A stretch of 63,518 nucleotides of DNA, filler included, from Octopus bimaculoides (Eukaryota), in NCBI RefSeq assembly GCF_001194135.2. It is 5 parts of 5 records of this genome, joined end to end, with 100 filler letters (N's around TTAATTAATTAA, not from the genome) between each part and the next. Parts side by side here need not be neighbours in the genome. Positions count along the whole stretch, not along the records: positions 10,976 to 24,446 come from NC_068982.1; 4 more parts are not named here. One strand, written 5' to 3'. The position numbers and the translations under genes are program-made. Position 1 is the stretch's first letter, and each line of letters opens with the position of its first letter. The notes below the pieces were generated by a model. That model searched no databases, had not been told where the DNA came from, and saw nothing but the letters and a program-made list of their open reading frames with translations. Of the stretch, positions 13,271 to 24,546 are shown in pieces.

Positions 13271-14051
13271 TTGAGATATTTTAAAACCAAACTTGTATCA
13301 TAGATTTAGGGGCAGTTTCAGGCAGGTTGTTATCATAAGGGTTAAACTAGTAGTTCACAATAGTGCACTATGGTACACTGGTACTGTGGATCGGTGGACC
13401 CCTTCGAATACTGTTTTATTCTGGTGGGCTCCTATAGCCATTCGATGTTTAAAAACTAGCTTTATAGATGCTTCTTTCAATATTCCTATTTTGTTTTCCA
13501 CACATTAACTTGTGTAGGTTGAACTATGTAAGCCATGTAAGAAAGAAACCTTGCTGTTTATTGCAATGCATACCAATATAGATATCTTAAGCAAAATTTT
13601 CTCAGGGGCCCTTAGAATAATATTGTGGATCCNNNNNNNNNNNNNNNNNNNNNNNNNNNNNNNNNNNNNNNNNNNNNNNNNNNNNNNNNNNNNNNNNNNN
13701 NNNNNNNNNNNNNNNNNNNNNNNNNNNNNNNNNNNNNNNNNNNNNNNNNNNNNNNNNNNNNNNNNNNNNNNNNNNNNNNNNNNNNNNNNNNNNNNNNNNN
13801 NNNNNNNNNNNNNNNNNNNNNNNNNNNNNNNNNNNNNNNNNNNNNNNNNNNNNNNNNNNNNNNNNNNNNNNNNNNNNNNNNNNNNNNNNNNNNNNNNNNN
13901 NNNNNNNNNNNNNNNNNNNNNNNNNNNNNNNNNNNNNNNNNNNNNNNNNNNNNNNNNNNNNNNNNNNNNNNNNNNNNNNNNNNNNNNNNNNNNNNNNNNN
14001 NNNNNNNNNNNNNNNNNNNNNNNNNNNNNNNNNNNNNNNNNNNNNNNNNNN

Positions 14052-14405
14052 GTGGTTGATGCCAGTGCCAGCTGACTGGTCCCGTGCCGGTGGCACATAA
14101 AAAGCACCATTTGAATGTGGTCGTTGCCAGTGCTGCCTGACTGGCTCCCATGCCAGTGGTACGTAAAAGGCACCATTCAAGTGTGGCCTCTGCCATTACC
14201 GCCTGACTGGCCCTCGTGCCAATGGCACGTAAAAAGCATCCACTACACTCTTGGAGTGGTTGGCGTTAGGAAGGGCATCCAGCTGTAGAAACTTTGCCAG
14301 ATCAGATTGGAGCCTGGTGCAGCCTTCTGGCTCACCAGCCCTCAGTCAAACCATCCAACCCATACCAGCATGGGTAGTGGACGTTAAACGATGATGATGA
14401 TGATG
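14052..14405 (+). mobile_element. Family C copy
   Basis: Same ~65-bp units and body, with a (GAT)n tail. The 5' part runs into a gap. Confidence 0.85.
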
Positions 14406-14559
14406 TGCTGGGGTGTCTTAGATATATGAACAATAATAGACTCATGTGGTTTTCCCTATGTTTCGTTGACTTCATCGTACTTCTTCCTCTCTTTCTCTGA
14501 ACAAAACTTTGGTTGTGTGTTCAATCGAAAAGAAATGAATATTTTGCTTTTACTTTCAG

Positions 14560-14660
14560 TGATGTCCATGGGATACAAGGATAGAGAAGCTCGTTTAGCA
14601 TTGAGGGCCACTGATGGAGATATCCAGGCTGCAATTAACCATATTGAACAACGAAAAGAG
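14560..14660 (+). CDS. NUB1: NUB1 exon, UBA domain 1 (VMSMGYKDREARLALRATDGDIQAAINHIEQRKE)
   Basis: TTTCAG acceptor and GTAAAG donor, 101 nt. Carries the MGY UBA motif. EARLALRATDGDIQAA resembles EARLGLRACDGNVDHA in human NUB1 (from recall). Confidence 0.93.
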
Positions 14661-14949
14661 GTAAAGTGTATCCGCAATTTCTCAACTTCCATGCAAAGTG
14701 TACCAGTAATTCTTTGGTTTCCAGAATGCCATGAATCAGAAGACAGTGAGAACCACCAATAGGAAGGTCCATTCTGTGTGTGGAAGGGATAGGGTGCCCA
14801 GTCATATTTATTTGAATCGAGTCTGAAGTGAAACTTCAAGAATTATATTTTTACATTTACCTGTTATTGAGAAAAAAAAATTTTTTTTAAACTGAAAAAG
14901 TTAAAGAATTTTCTGGAAATTTCTAGTTGTTTACCATTTATTGTTTTAG

Positions 14950-15038
14950 GAAAAGAGGAAAATTAAAAAAGAAATGGAATCGGAACGCAAAAGGAAAAGG
15001 ATCCATTATCAGCTTGGAGCTACAGAGAATGGAGAAGA
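14950..15038 (+). CDS. NUB1: NUB1 exon, basic linker (EKRKIKKEMESERKRKRIHYQLGATENGE)
   Basis: TTTTAG acceptor and GTAAGT donor, 89 nt, phase 0 to 2. The Lys/Arg-rich NLS-like segment lies between UBA1 and UBA2, as in NUB1. Confidence 0.9.
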
Positions 15039-15785
15039 GTAAGTAGTAGTAGTAGTAGTCGTAATTGTTGTTGTTGCACTTGTTGTTGCAGCTGCTGCTG
15101 GTGTTGTTGTTGTTGGCAGTGGTGGTCATGTTTGCACCAGCTCAGCTTTATTCAGACCTATGGTCAAAGGTATTCTAACCATAACTATCTCATCTTCTTT
15201 AAAACAGACTATATTATCACCATCATCATCAGCAACTCCTATCACCACCATTAGCTCCCATATCACCATCATCATCATTATCATCACTATCGAAATCAAA
15301 TTTTTACATTCATTCTATATCAGCTTAAAAGCCACACTCTGTGCGAACTTTTAAGCTGGCTGTTGTGGAGGGCTAATTAGACCTGTGGCCCAAAACTAAA
15401 TCCATTTGTTGGATTAAAATTCAAGGTGGTGCCCCAGCATGGCCACAATCTGATCACTGAAAAAGATAAAAGAACCATTAAATTCTTTAGTAAAACTTTA
15501 AGCTAAGGGAGGTAACTCTTGTTCACCTATCTCAGTAATACTATGGCATTTAAACCTCTCATGGTCACTTTACTTGCTAGAAATAGCAACCCAAATACCT
15601 TTAAATCAGATGTTAATACTAGGTATTCAAGAACCAAATGAAGAGCTGATTTTCAACCCTGAGATCATCCTGATTCCAAAAACGGATAATATGTCTATGT
15701 AGAGCAAATGCAGACTGAAATACAGAGATCCCAGACAGACAGACAGAATTTCACTTTTATTAATATAGATTTTCTCTGTTTTCAG

Positions 15786-15891
15786 AATCTCAATTGAAAA
15801 CTACTCCCTGCTGGTTGAGATGGGTTATCCTACCACTGTTGCCCTCAACACCCTCAGACTGGCAAATAATGACTTGAATGCAACTTTGGAG
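15786..15891 (+). CDS. NUB1: NUB1 exon, UBA domain 2 (ISIENYSLLVEMGYPTTVALNTLRLANNDLNATLE)
   Basis: TTTCAG acceptor and GTAAGT donor, 106 nt, phase 2 to 0; MGY motif. Confidence 0.92.
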
Positions 15892-16214
15892 GTAAGTGGT
15901 GCTGGTGCTGATAGCAGTAGTGGTGTGATGGTGGTGGTGGTGGTTGAAGTGGTTGTAGTTCTGGTTGTGGTCAAGGTATTGGTAAAGAGAGTGGTTGTGC
16001 ATTGTGGTGGTTGTAGTGGTCATTCTGGCTGTGATGTGAGTTGTGGCAGTGATAGTAATAGTGGTCAAATTAGTTGTTTTCACAGTTTTGTGTTGGTGTA
16101 GTTGACTGTAGTTGTCATAGTTGCACGTATGGTCGTGGTATAGGTAGTAGTATTTGGTCTCAGAATGATAGTGCTTTGAGTGGGGTGCTGGGGGTGGGTA
16201 TATTCATTTATTCA

Positions 16215-16718
16215 TGCTCATCATCATTATCATCATCATCATCATCATTGTTTAACATCTGCTTTCCATGCTAGCATGGGTTGGACGATTTGACTGAGGA
16301 CTGGTGAAACCGGATAGCAACACCAGGCTCCAATCTAATTTGGCAGAGTTTCTACAGCTGGATGCCCTTCCTAACACCAACCACTCAGAGAGTGTAGTGG
16401 GTGCTTTTACGTGTCACCCACACGAAAGCCAGTCAGGTGGTACTGGCAACGGCCACGCTTAAAATGGTGTTTTTTACATGCCACCCACACAAGAGCCAGT
16501 CCAGGGGCACTGGCAACGATCTTGCTCGAAAATCCTACGAAGGCCAGTCAGGCGGTACTGGCAACAGTCACGCTCAAAATGGTGTATTTTATGTGCCACC
16601 TGCACAAGAGCCAGTCCAGGGGCACTGGCAATGATCTCGCTCGAAAATCCTACGAAGGCCAGTCAGGCGGTACTGGCAACGGCCACGCTCAAAATGGTGT
16701 ATTTTATGTGCCACCCGC
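16215..16718 (-). mobile_element. Family C copy, inverted, with 115-bp higher-order VNTR
   Basis: Reverse complement of the family C body at 16245-16400. The VNTR at 16395-16718 has aagagccagtccagg at 16491 and 16606. Confidence 0.85.
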
Positions 16719-17734
16719 AAATCTGGGTTTTGTCCCCGTTAATGGGGGTGGTTGGATCTACCTCAATGCCATAGCAACCAAGGAAGGCAGGTGCACCCAC
16801 AGGTGCCCATTCTCCCTTGCTATCATGAGGCTTTTTTGGAGCTGGATTTTCTACAGGGAGCATACCCTTGCTTACCCCCAACTTCAGTTTCTGGACATGA
16901 GTGGTCCCAAGACCAAGGCCTCTACCACAATTTTTAAGAAATGTGATGGAAAACTAGCTCAGGAAGGCAGGAACACTACTCCCTGAGACCCTTTTCGGAG
17001 CCCCCGTACCATGCTCGATATATCTTCATCTAACCCATGCAAACATGGAAAAAGAAACAAGTGGATATATGATGGGCTTCCACATAGTTTCAGTTTATGA
17101 AATTACATTCACAAGACTTTTGGTCAAAAGCAAAGGCTACAGTGGTATTGAACTCAGAACCTTGTGGTTGTGAAGCAAACCTTGTTAACCACACAGCCAT
17201 GCCTGCAACCATACCTGTATAGTGCATGGACCACTGATATAAAATTGTCGTGTGTGGACACAGGGTCACTCACATATGTTCAGTAGAAGATTGTGGTCAG
17301 TTGAGTGGGCCAAGAGTATTGCTTTCAATAATTCCAGGAAGGTGGGATTTAATGTAAAATTGATCTAGGAAAGATTTGAGCTCAGAATGTTGAATGTTGA
17401 AACTAAATTCTGTAAAAATGACTTCAGTCTATTCTCATACAATTTCTATGTCCTGGCATCTTCCCCCAGTACATTTCTATTTCCACTCCCCTCTCTTTAG
17501 CTTATTTCTACCACCTTCCTTTGTCTCTACTCCATTTCTACCCCCACCATCTTCTCTACCAGCCCTATGTCACCTCTACCACCCGTCTATCCTCTCTACC
17601 ACCTATTGCCCTCCCATAGTCCATTTCTACTACCTACCATCTCCCTGGTTATTTCTGTCCTTCTGCCATTTTCTAGTTTAATACACAATGTTCTTTTGCT
17701 TATCTTGGTTCTTTCTTTCTTTTGTAATTTCCAG

Positions 17735-17806
17735 ATGCTACAAGGGAATGTAGAAACATTCCAGCCAGCAGATGATACAGATGTGGATCCAGACCTTCTG
17801 GCACAA
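17735..17806 (+). CDS. NUB1: NUB1 exon (MLQGNVETFQPADDTDVDPDLLAQ)
   Basis: TTCCAG acceptor and GTTTGT donor, 72 nt, phase 0 to 0. It completes UBA2 and leads into UBA3. Confidence 0.85.
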
Positions 17807-18527
17807 GTTTGTTGTTTCTCAATTAATCTGAACAATTTCGTCTGACTCTTTTGTTCAACACTTTTATGACATACACACATTGTGTTCATGTATATCTCTG
17901 TATCTGTGTGTTTGTGAGCATGCATATATATAAATATATTTACATGGAGTACAAAAAATAGAAAATAAAAGTACAAAATAAGATAATAAAATATGTAATT
18001 TCATAACTCGACAGCTGTTTCAGGAAGCCCAGAGTTATGTAATAATCATGATAATCATAAATTGCAGATGAAATATCCAATCAAATGAAGATATTACAAT
18101 AAGTTTGGCTCCCCTCATTAAGAGAAGATTGGCATTTAATTGTGCTCCATATAAATATATTTATATCAAGCCTAACTGTGTTTATTTTCATTATTACATA
18201 TGTAAAAAGCACCCAGCACACTGGTTGGCATTAACAAGGACATCTAAGCGTAGAAACCATGCTACAACAGACAATTAGAGTCTGGACAGCTCCCAACCGA
18301 CCAGCTTGCATGTCAATCCATTCAACCCATGGCAACATGGAAAGCAGATGTTAAATGATGATGTGTGGCTGTTTGGTTGAGAAGATAGCCTCCCACTCTT
18401 GTGGTCTCAGGTTCAGTTCCACTGCATGGCACGTTGGATTAGTTTTTTCTACTATAATCTTGGACCAACCAAAGCTTTGTGAGTGGATTTGATAGTCAGA
18501 AACTGAAAGAAGCTTATCATGTGTGTA

Positions 18528-18562
<35 letters not shown>

Positions 18563-18678
18563 CGTTGTCTTGACATCACATGATAGCTGTAAACCTGTGT
18601 CACCATCAACAAGCAGCATTGCTCATTTGCCGTCTTCTTTGGAAATATAGAAGTTAAAACTATATTGATGATGATGCA

Positions 18679-18981
18679 TGGCTGCGTGGTAAGTAACTTG
18701 CTTACCAACCACATGGTTCCAGGTTCAGTCCCACTGCGTGGCACCTTGGGCAAGTGTCTTCTACTATAGCCTTGGGCCGACCAAAGCCTTGTGAGTGGAT
18801 TTGGTAGACGGAAACTGAAAGAAGCCCGTCGTATATATGTATATATATATGTTTGTGTGTCTATGTTTGTCCCCCCACCATCGCTTGGCAACCAATGTTG
18901 GTGTGTTTATGTCCCCATAACTTAGCAGTTCAGCAAAAAGAGGCCAAAGAATAAGTGCTAGGCTTAGAAAGAATAAGTCCT
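18679..18981 (+). mobile_element. SINE family A (an older copy lies at 18363-18520)
   Basis: ggctgcgtggtaagtaacttgcttaccaaccacatggttccaggttcagtcccactgcgtggcaccttgggcaag...; truncated by a gap. Confidence 0.88.
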
Positions 18982-19337
18982 NNNNNNNNNNNNNNNNNNN
19001 NNNNNNNNNNNNNNNNNNNNNNNNNNNNNNNNNNNNNNNNNNNNNNNNNNNNNNNNNNNNNNNNNNNNNNNNNNNNNNNNNNNNNNNNNNNNNNNNNNNN
19101 NNNNNNNNNNNNNNNNNNNNNNNNNNNNNNNNNNNNNNNNNNNNNNNNNNNNNNNNNNNNNNNNNNNNNNNNNNNNNNNNNNNNNNNNNNNNNNNNNNNN
19201 NNNNNNNNNNNNNNNNNNNNNNNNNNNNNNNNNNNNNNNNNNNNNNNNNNNNNNNNNNNNNNNNNNNNNNNNNNNNNNNNNNNNNNNNNNNNNNNNNNNN
19301 NNNNNNNNNNNNNNNNNNNNNNNNNNNNNNNNNNNNN

Positions 19338-19690
19338 CGAAATCGTGATGGCACCTGTACCAGTGGAGCGCTAAGAGCACCGTCCAAGCGTAATCATTGC
19401 CAGAGCAGCTGTCTGGCTTCCGTGCCGGTAGCACGTAAATAGCACCATTTGAGCGTGATCGTTACCAGCATTGCCTTACTGGCACGTGTAAAAACATTCA
19501 AGCGAGATCGTTGCCAGTGCCACTGGACTGGCTCCTGTGCTGGTGGCACGTAAAATACACCATTTTGAGCATGGCCGTTGCCAATACCACCGGACTGGCC
19601 CTCATGCCAGTGGCACGTAAAAGCACCCACTACACTCTCGAAGTGGTTGGCGTTAGGAAGGGCATCCAGCTGTAGAAACTCTGCAGATTT
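19338..19690 (+). mobile_element. Family C copy, 3'-truncated
   Basis: About four VNTR units, then the body up to gtagaaactctgc. Confidence 0.8.
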
Positions 19691-19718
19691 GCTCAGTGTG
19701 CTAATGATCTTGCCAATA

Positions 19719-19749
<31 letters not shown>

Positions 19750-20365
19750 ATGCCCTTGTGTAGTACCTGGCAGTGGCTCTCATGGCTGTTGATCTTAACT
19801 GATTGGAAGTGTTATCATGTACATTGTTTTGTCTTGGTATAAAAGATGGGCTACAAAAAATATTCTGCTCAATACCACAGATTTGCTTGTCAGTTGTTTG
19901 ACCTTAGCCAGTTGAGCATATCCCTTGGTGGCGGACAATATGTGCATCTCTGATCATGAGCAGAAGTAGTGAGGGAGCATCATGGCCATGTGTTGAGAGG
20001 AATTCTTTGTAGTTTGAATAATTCACTTTTGGAAACATGGCTGTTTTGCTCAACATCCTTAAACAAACCTTATTCAGGAACCTTTTGAGCGGGATGGGCT
20101 ACTCAACCTGATGAAAATTCTAACTGGGCCCCAACTGCGAGGTCATGCGCTGTTTATCTTGATATGAGATCACCATGTCGCACACATATGATTGTGATGC
20201 ATGTGCCTGGTGTACCCTTATCAGATGGGTAGTCATGATGGGTATAATGGGCTTCATATATTTTACCCCTTTGTCACTGATGGAATGCACTGCTCTCTCA
20301 CTCAATAATAATGATGATAATAATAAATGTCTAAAAATATAATAATTTCTTTCCATTTCTTGTAG

Positions 20366-20510
20366 ATTGTTGATCTTGGATACATAACAGAATTCTCTAA
20401 AGAAGCATTAAAGTCATCCAAAAACGATTTAGAGAAAGCCTTGAATCTTCTCAATAAATATGATGGAATTTTGCCCCCTAATCCAGCTTTACCCCTTCAG
20501 TCACCCCAAG
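20366..20510 (+). CDS. NUB1: NUB1 exon, UBA domain 3 (IVDLGYITEFSKEALKSSKNDLEKALNLLNKYDGILPPNPALPLQSPQ)
   Basis: TTGTAG acceptor and GTAATT donor, 145 nt, phase 0 to 1. LGY motif followed by a G.LPP stretch, as in NUB1. Confidence 0.92.
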
Positions 20511-20691
20511 GTAATTGTTTGATATTTCCACCCAACTCCCAACGCTAGCTGTCAAACCACCTCAATGTAGCATGAGTTGCTTGATCTGCCAACAGTAGTA
20601 GTCAAAGCTTCCTTAAATCACTGTCTACCATCTAAAAATGAAAAAAAAACAAAAAACAAAGGAATATATTAGATAATGTAGTCCTTGATAT

Positions 20692-20990
20692 GTGGTGGCA
20701 CTTGGCCTAGTGGTTAGACTAGCGGGCTTGCAGTTGAGGGATCGCAGGTTCGAATCTCAGACCCAGGCGATGTGTGGGTTTATGACGGATACACCTAAGC
20801 TCCACGTGGCTTTAGCAGAAGGTAATGGCGAACTTCTGCTGACTATTTCACCACAACTTTCTCCTACTCTTTCCTCCAGCATCTAGCAGCTCACCTGTCC
20901 AGGTAGGGAACCTATACGCCAATGAAACTGAGGAAATTGGTCCTTATGAGCCAGGCATAGCTCGAGAAGGGACAAACAACAATAACAACA
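20692..20990 (+). mobile_element. tRNA-derived SINE family D
   Basis: tRNA-like head (tggcctagtggttaga; ggttcgaatc), a unique body, and a tail ending in (AAC)n. Confidence 0.7.
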
Positions 20991-21528
20991 GTCTTTGATA
21001 CAATGTTGAAAAATAGATGGAGTGGCCATAACTGGCATACCTTTGATCAAAGTTAACCTGGGACTTATACAACATACAGAATAACTGGTTGTTATGTTTT
21101 GTTCATTTCCCCACCTGACCCAGTTTTTTCTTAATCACTCCATCACCAGGTATCCTGGGGTTATCCAATGAACACCGTCTGCTCAAAATGCCTTGTTTTT
21201 TTTGTTTTTTTTTGTTAAGAAAATTTTTTTTTTTTTTTCCATATTCAACTTCCCATGTATGTAATGGTTGGGATTATTGGTTTTGACCTGGTTGGCCTGG
21301 GTTTGATTCCTGGCATCAGAAAGTTAATTGAGTTTTATGGATGTGGGTGTGGTTGAGTGATTAAGAGGTTGGTTCCCCAACTGTATGGTTTTTGTTTCAA
21401 CCCCACTGTGTAGCACCTTGCACAAGTGTCTGCTGCTATAACCTTGGGCCAACCAATGCCTTGTAACTGAATCTAGCAGATAGAAACTCTGTGGAAGCGC
21501 ATCATATATGTATGTGTGTATGTGTGTC

Positions 21529-21704
21529 CACTAGTGTAGCTAGAGTGTGTGTCACCCGGGGCAGCCCTTCCGTTTGCCACCCCTGGACCCCACAAAAAAA
21601 CCATATTGCCTACAGCATACCCAAAAGTGGGGCCCCTTCAAAAGTGCTGCCCAGGGTGAGTCCCCCCCCCCCGGCCACACTTCCCTGATCGCTATGCTAG
21701 TCTG
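21529..21704. mobile_element. MITE-like element
   Basis: Terminal inverted repeats actagtgtagc and gctatgctagt. Inner inverted repeats tcacccggggcagc and gctgcccagggtga match at 13/14. Confidence 0.6.
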
Positions 21705-22120
21705 TGTGTCTTTGTGTTTGTCCTCACTGCTGCTTGACAACAAGTGTTGGTTTACAGGCACGGTCCCAGGAATTTTTTAAAGGGAGGGCATAAGGTCAGA
21801 AGGGAATACAATTCCAGGAGCAAAGGGCGTAATAACATTATTTAGAAGGGCGCACTTCTTTTCTTGAGGTGGGCACATGTCCTTCATGTCCCCCTTTGGG
21901 TCCGTCCCAGTTTTATTTACATCCTCTTAACTTAATGGTTCACCAAAAGAGACTGATAGAATATGCATCAGATTAAAAAGAAAATATGTCCTGGGGTTAA
22001 CTTATTTGATTAAATCCTTCAAGGTAGTGCACTAGCATGGCTGCAATCCAATGACTGAAACAAGTAAAAGATAAAATGATAACTGGCATTGTACGTTTAT
22101 AATCATTTCTATTTTGACAG

Positions 22121-22272
22121 AAAATACTCAAGAACAAGACATGAAAGAGAAGGAGGTGTTGGATAATTTCAGGAAAATTCTACCCAGAGATTCCGAAGAC
22201 TACCTTGATTCCTTACTTATAGAAGAATCACAGATCCTTTCAGACTATCTGAGTTTACTGGAACACGTCTAG
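22121..22272 (+). CDS. NUB1: NUB1 last coding exon (ENTQEQDMKEKEVLDNFRKILPRDSEDYLDSLLIEESQILSDYLSLLEHV*)
   Basis: TGACAG acceptor; phase 1 matches the previous exon; TAG stop at 22270-22272. EDYLD.L..EE..I..YLS matches the NUB1 C-terminal motif. Confidence 0.93.
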
Positions 22273-22741
22273 CAGAACATCAGATGGAAAACTTGTTTGT
22301 ATGGAGATAAGACTTATTTGATGCACAGGAAAGACACAACAGGAAACTTAATTATTTGGTCATGTGTATTGCTGCAATCTTACAAGTTGTTGAATGATCT
22401 TTTAATATTTCATCTTGAAAATTAAGCCGGCTGTCATGGCATGGACTGATTATACTTGTGTTAGATTTTCTATAATTAAAATTGAATTTTTTCTAAAATT
22501 AAAATTGAATTTTTCTAAAAATTAAATTTATAATTTGTTGTGATTTAATGAACAGGTGAGGTGTAAAAGGTTTCAATATTCCAACAGAAATATTATGATA
22601 GAAGAGTATTCTCCTGAGGAAAACACTAGGAAGGAATTAGTTTCATGATTCTATAGGAAATATGTTAGTGAAAATATTGATAAATAATTTTCTTAATAAA
22701 TGGTTTATGGTTTTTACAGTCATATATGCATATCATGTGTG

Positions 22742-22779
<38 letters not shown>

Positions 22780-22781
<2 letters not shown>

Positions 22782-22950
22782 CACCCACTACACTCTCTGA
22801 GTGGTTGGCGTTAGGAAGGGCATCCAGCTGTAGAAACTCTGCCAAATCAGATTGGAGCCTGGTGTAGCCATCTGGTTTCACCAGTCCTCAGTCAAATCGT
22901 CCAACCCATGCTAGCATGGAAAGCGGACGTTAAACGACGACGACAACGAT
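22780..22950 (+). mobile_element. Family C copy, body only
   Basis: cacccactacactctctgagtggttggcgttaggaaggg...ggacgttaaacgacgacgac, with no VNTR. Confidence 0.85.
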
Positions 22951-23714
22951 ATCAATATATTATAAATTAACTACCAACAAAAATAATTGGTAAGCTAACT
23001 CAAAAAATCATCACCAAAATAGCAGAAAAAACGACTGTGATCCTTTTGGTTATATTAATAATAATAAAGGAGTTACGATGCAAAAACGTATATATTANNN
23101 NNNNNNNNNNNNNNNNNNNNNNNNNNNNNNNNNNNNNNNNNNNNNNNNNNNNNNNNNNNNNNNNNNNNNNNNTATAAAGAATTCATTAAGCGACTTAAGA
23201 AATCAAAATTCCTTTACACATCTTCAGGAAAAAATAAATATAACACCAGAAAACCACACTCGGTTTAAAAATGCAATCCGTTCATGGCGAAAATTTCACA
23301 ATTGTGATAAATATGTTCATTTAATATATACGTTTTTGTGTTGTAACTCTTTTATTATTATTAATATATATGTATGTATAAATCGTTAGTTAAATATATT
23401 CAATGAGAATATTATATACTGAATTTATATTGAGTGCTCTATTGTATCAAAGTATTAATACTATTAAAGTATTTATGTATTTAACACGAGCGATTGTATG
23501 TATATTTTATAATATATTATTATTAATATCAGGAAATCAATATTGGAAAATTCATATACACATGTATATATCTTTCTGATGAATTTATTGAAAAAATAAA
23601 CCTGACACACAGAGACATAAAATCAAGCAACCACCTATACACAACACCACCAGAACACATTAAAATATTGCATATCACACTAACCTTGCACCACACACTA
23701 AAATCCATTTATCC

Positions 23715-24446
23715 CGATGCGGTTGGAAAAAAAACGCAGGGTGGACTTCATTGCCTACCTCCACAGCCTTCCACGACTCTCGACAAGAGAGGCAGAGTGC
23801 TGCAAAAGTGCCATCACGTCGGCCGAAGTGCGGGACGTGATGGCAGAATGCTCGAGGGACAAATCGCCAGGTTTGGATGGTCTACCTTATGAGCTTAACA
23901 GTTGTATGCCAGACTTGTTTGGAGGCGTCTTAGCAGCAGTGTACAGCAAAACAGGAGCATCCCTGGTTTTGTGAGCCAAGGAGCCGTAATACTGCTGAAG
24001 AAAGATCCAAACAAGGGGAACGTAATAGATAATTTTCGGCCCATCACTACACTCAATGCAGACTTGAAAATTTTGACCAAGGTGTTAGCCAAGAGATTGA
24101 CGCTTGTCATCGAAAAACTGGTCGACAAGGCGCAAACGTGCGCCGTGTCGGGCCGGAGCATCCATGAGAACCTCCACCTGATGCGCTACATCATAGACAG
24201 GGTAGTTAAAGAACCTGGCATGAGTGGGGCCTTGATCAATTTGGATCAATTCAAAGCTTTCGATAGGGTAGACCATCGATACTTGGAGGCTGTCCTCATA
24301 GCGGTTGGTTTCGTTCCCGTCTTCCGCGGCTGGATAGCTGCTTTGTACAGAGGCATCCATTCGGTAATTCGCGTGAATGGACATCTATTGAGACCTTTCG
24401 ACACAGCACGTTCGATCCGGCAGGGATACCTCCTCTCGTCGCTTCT
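23715..24446 (+). mobile_element. L1/Tx1-clade LINE reverse transcriptase fragment (frameshifted)
   Basis: KSPGLDGLPYE...KKDPNKG...NFRPITTLNADLKILTKVLAKRL...LDQFKAFDRVDH...IRQG. A frameshift lies near 23945, and the fragment is cut by the spacer. Confidence 0.92.
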
Positions 24447-24546
24447 NNNNNNNNNNNNNNNNNNNNNNNNNNNNNNNNNNNNNNNNNNNNTTAATTAATT
24501 AANNNNNNNNNNNNNNNNNNNNNNNNNNNNNNNNNNNNNNNNNNNN
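24447..24546. other. Artificial scaffold-joining spacer
   Basis: Same 44+12+44 structure, with TTAATTAATTAA at 24491-24502. Confidence 0.95.

Noticed and set aside
16395-16718. Regular repeats that might suggest a CRISPR array, or the repeat-protein ORFs 16411-16986 and 16401-16634
   Set aside because: The units are contiguous tandem repeats without unique spacers, they sit in an intron of a eukaryotic gene as part of a dispersed retroelement, and no cas genes are present.
20692-20770. tRNA-like sequence with a TGC anticodon-like loop
   Set aside because: It has A and B boxes but no convincing acceptor or anticodon stem, and it runs into a SINE body and (AAC)n tail. It is called as a SINE head.
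23571-23600. tcttt-CTGATGA-atttatt-GAAA core-like motif
   Set aside because: No stem II, no stem III with a UH site and no matching stem I; this is expected by chance in AT-rich DNA.
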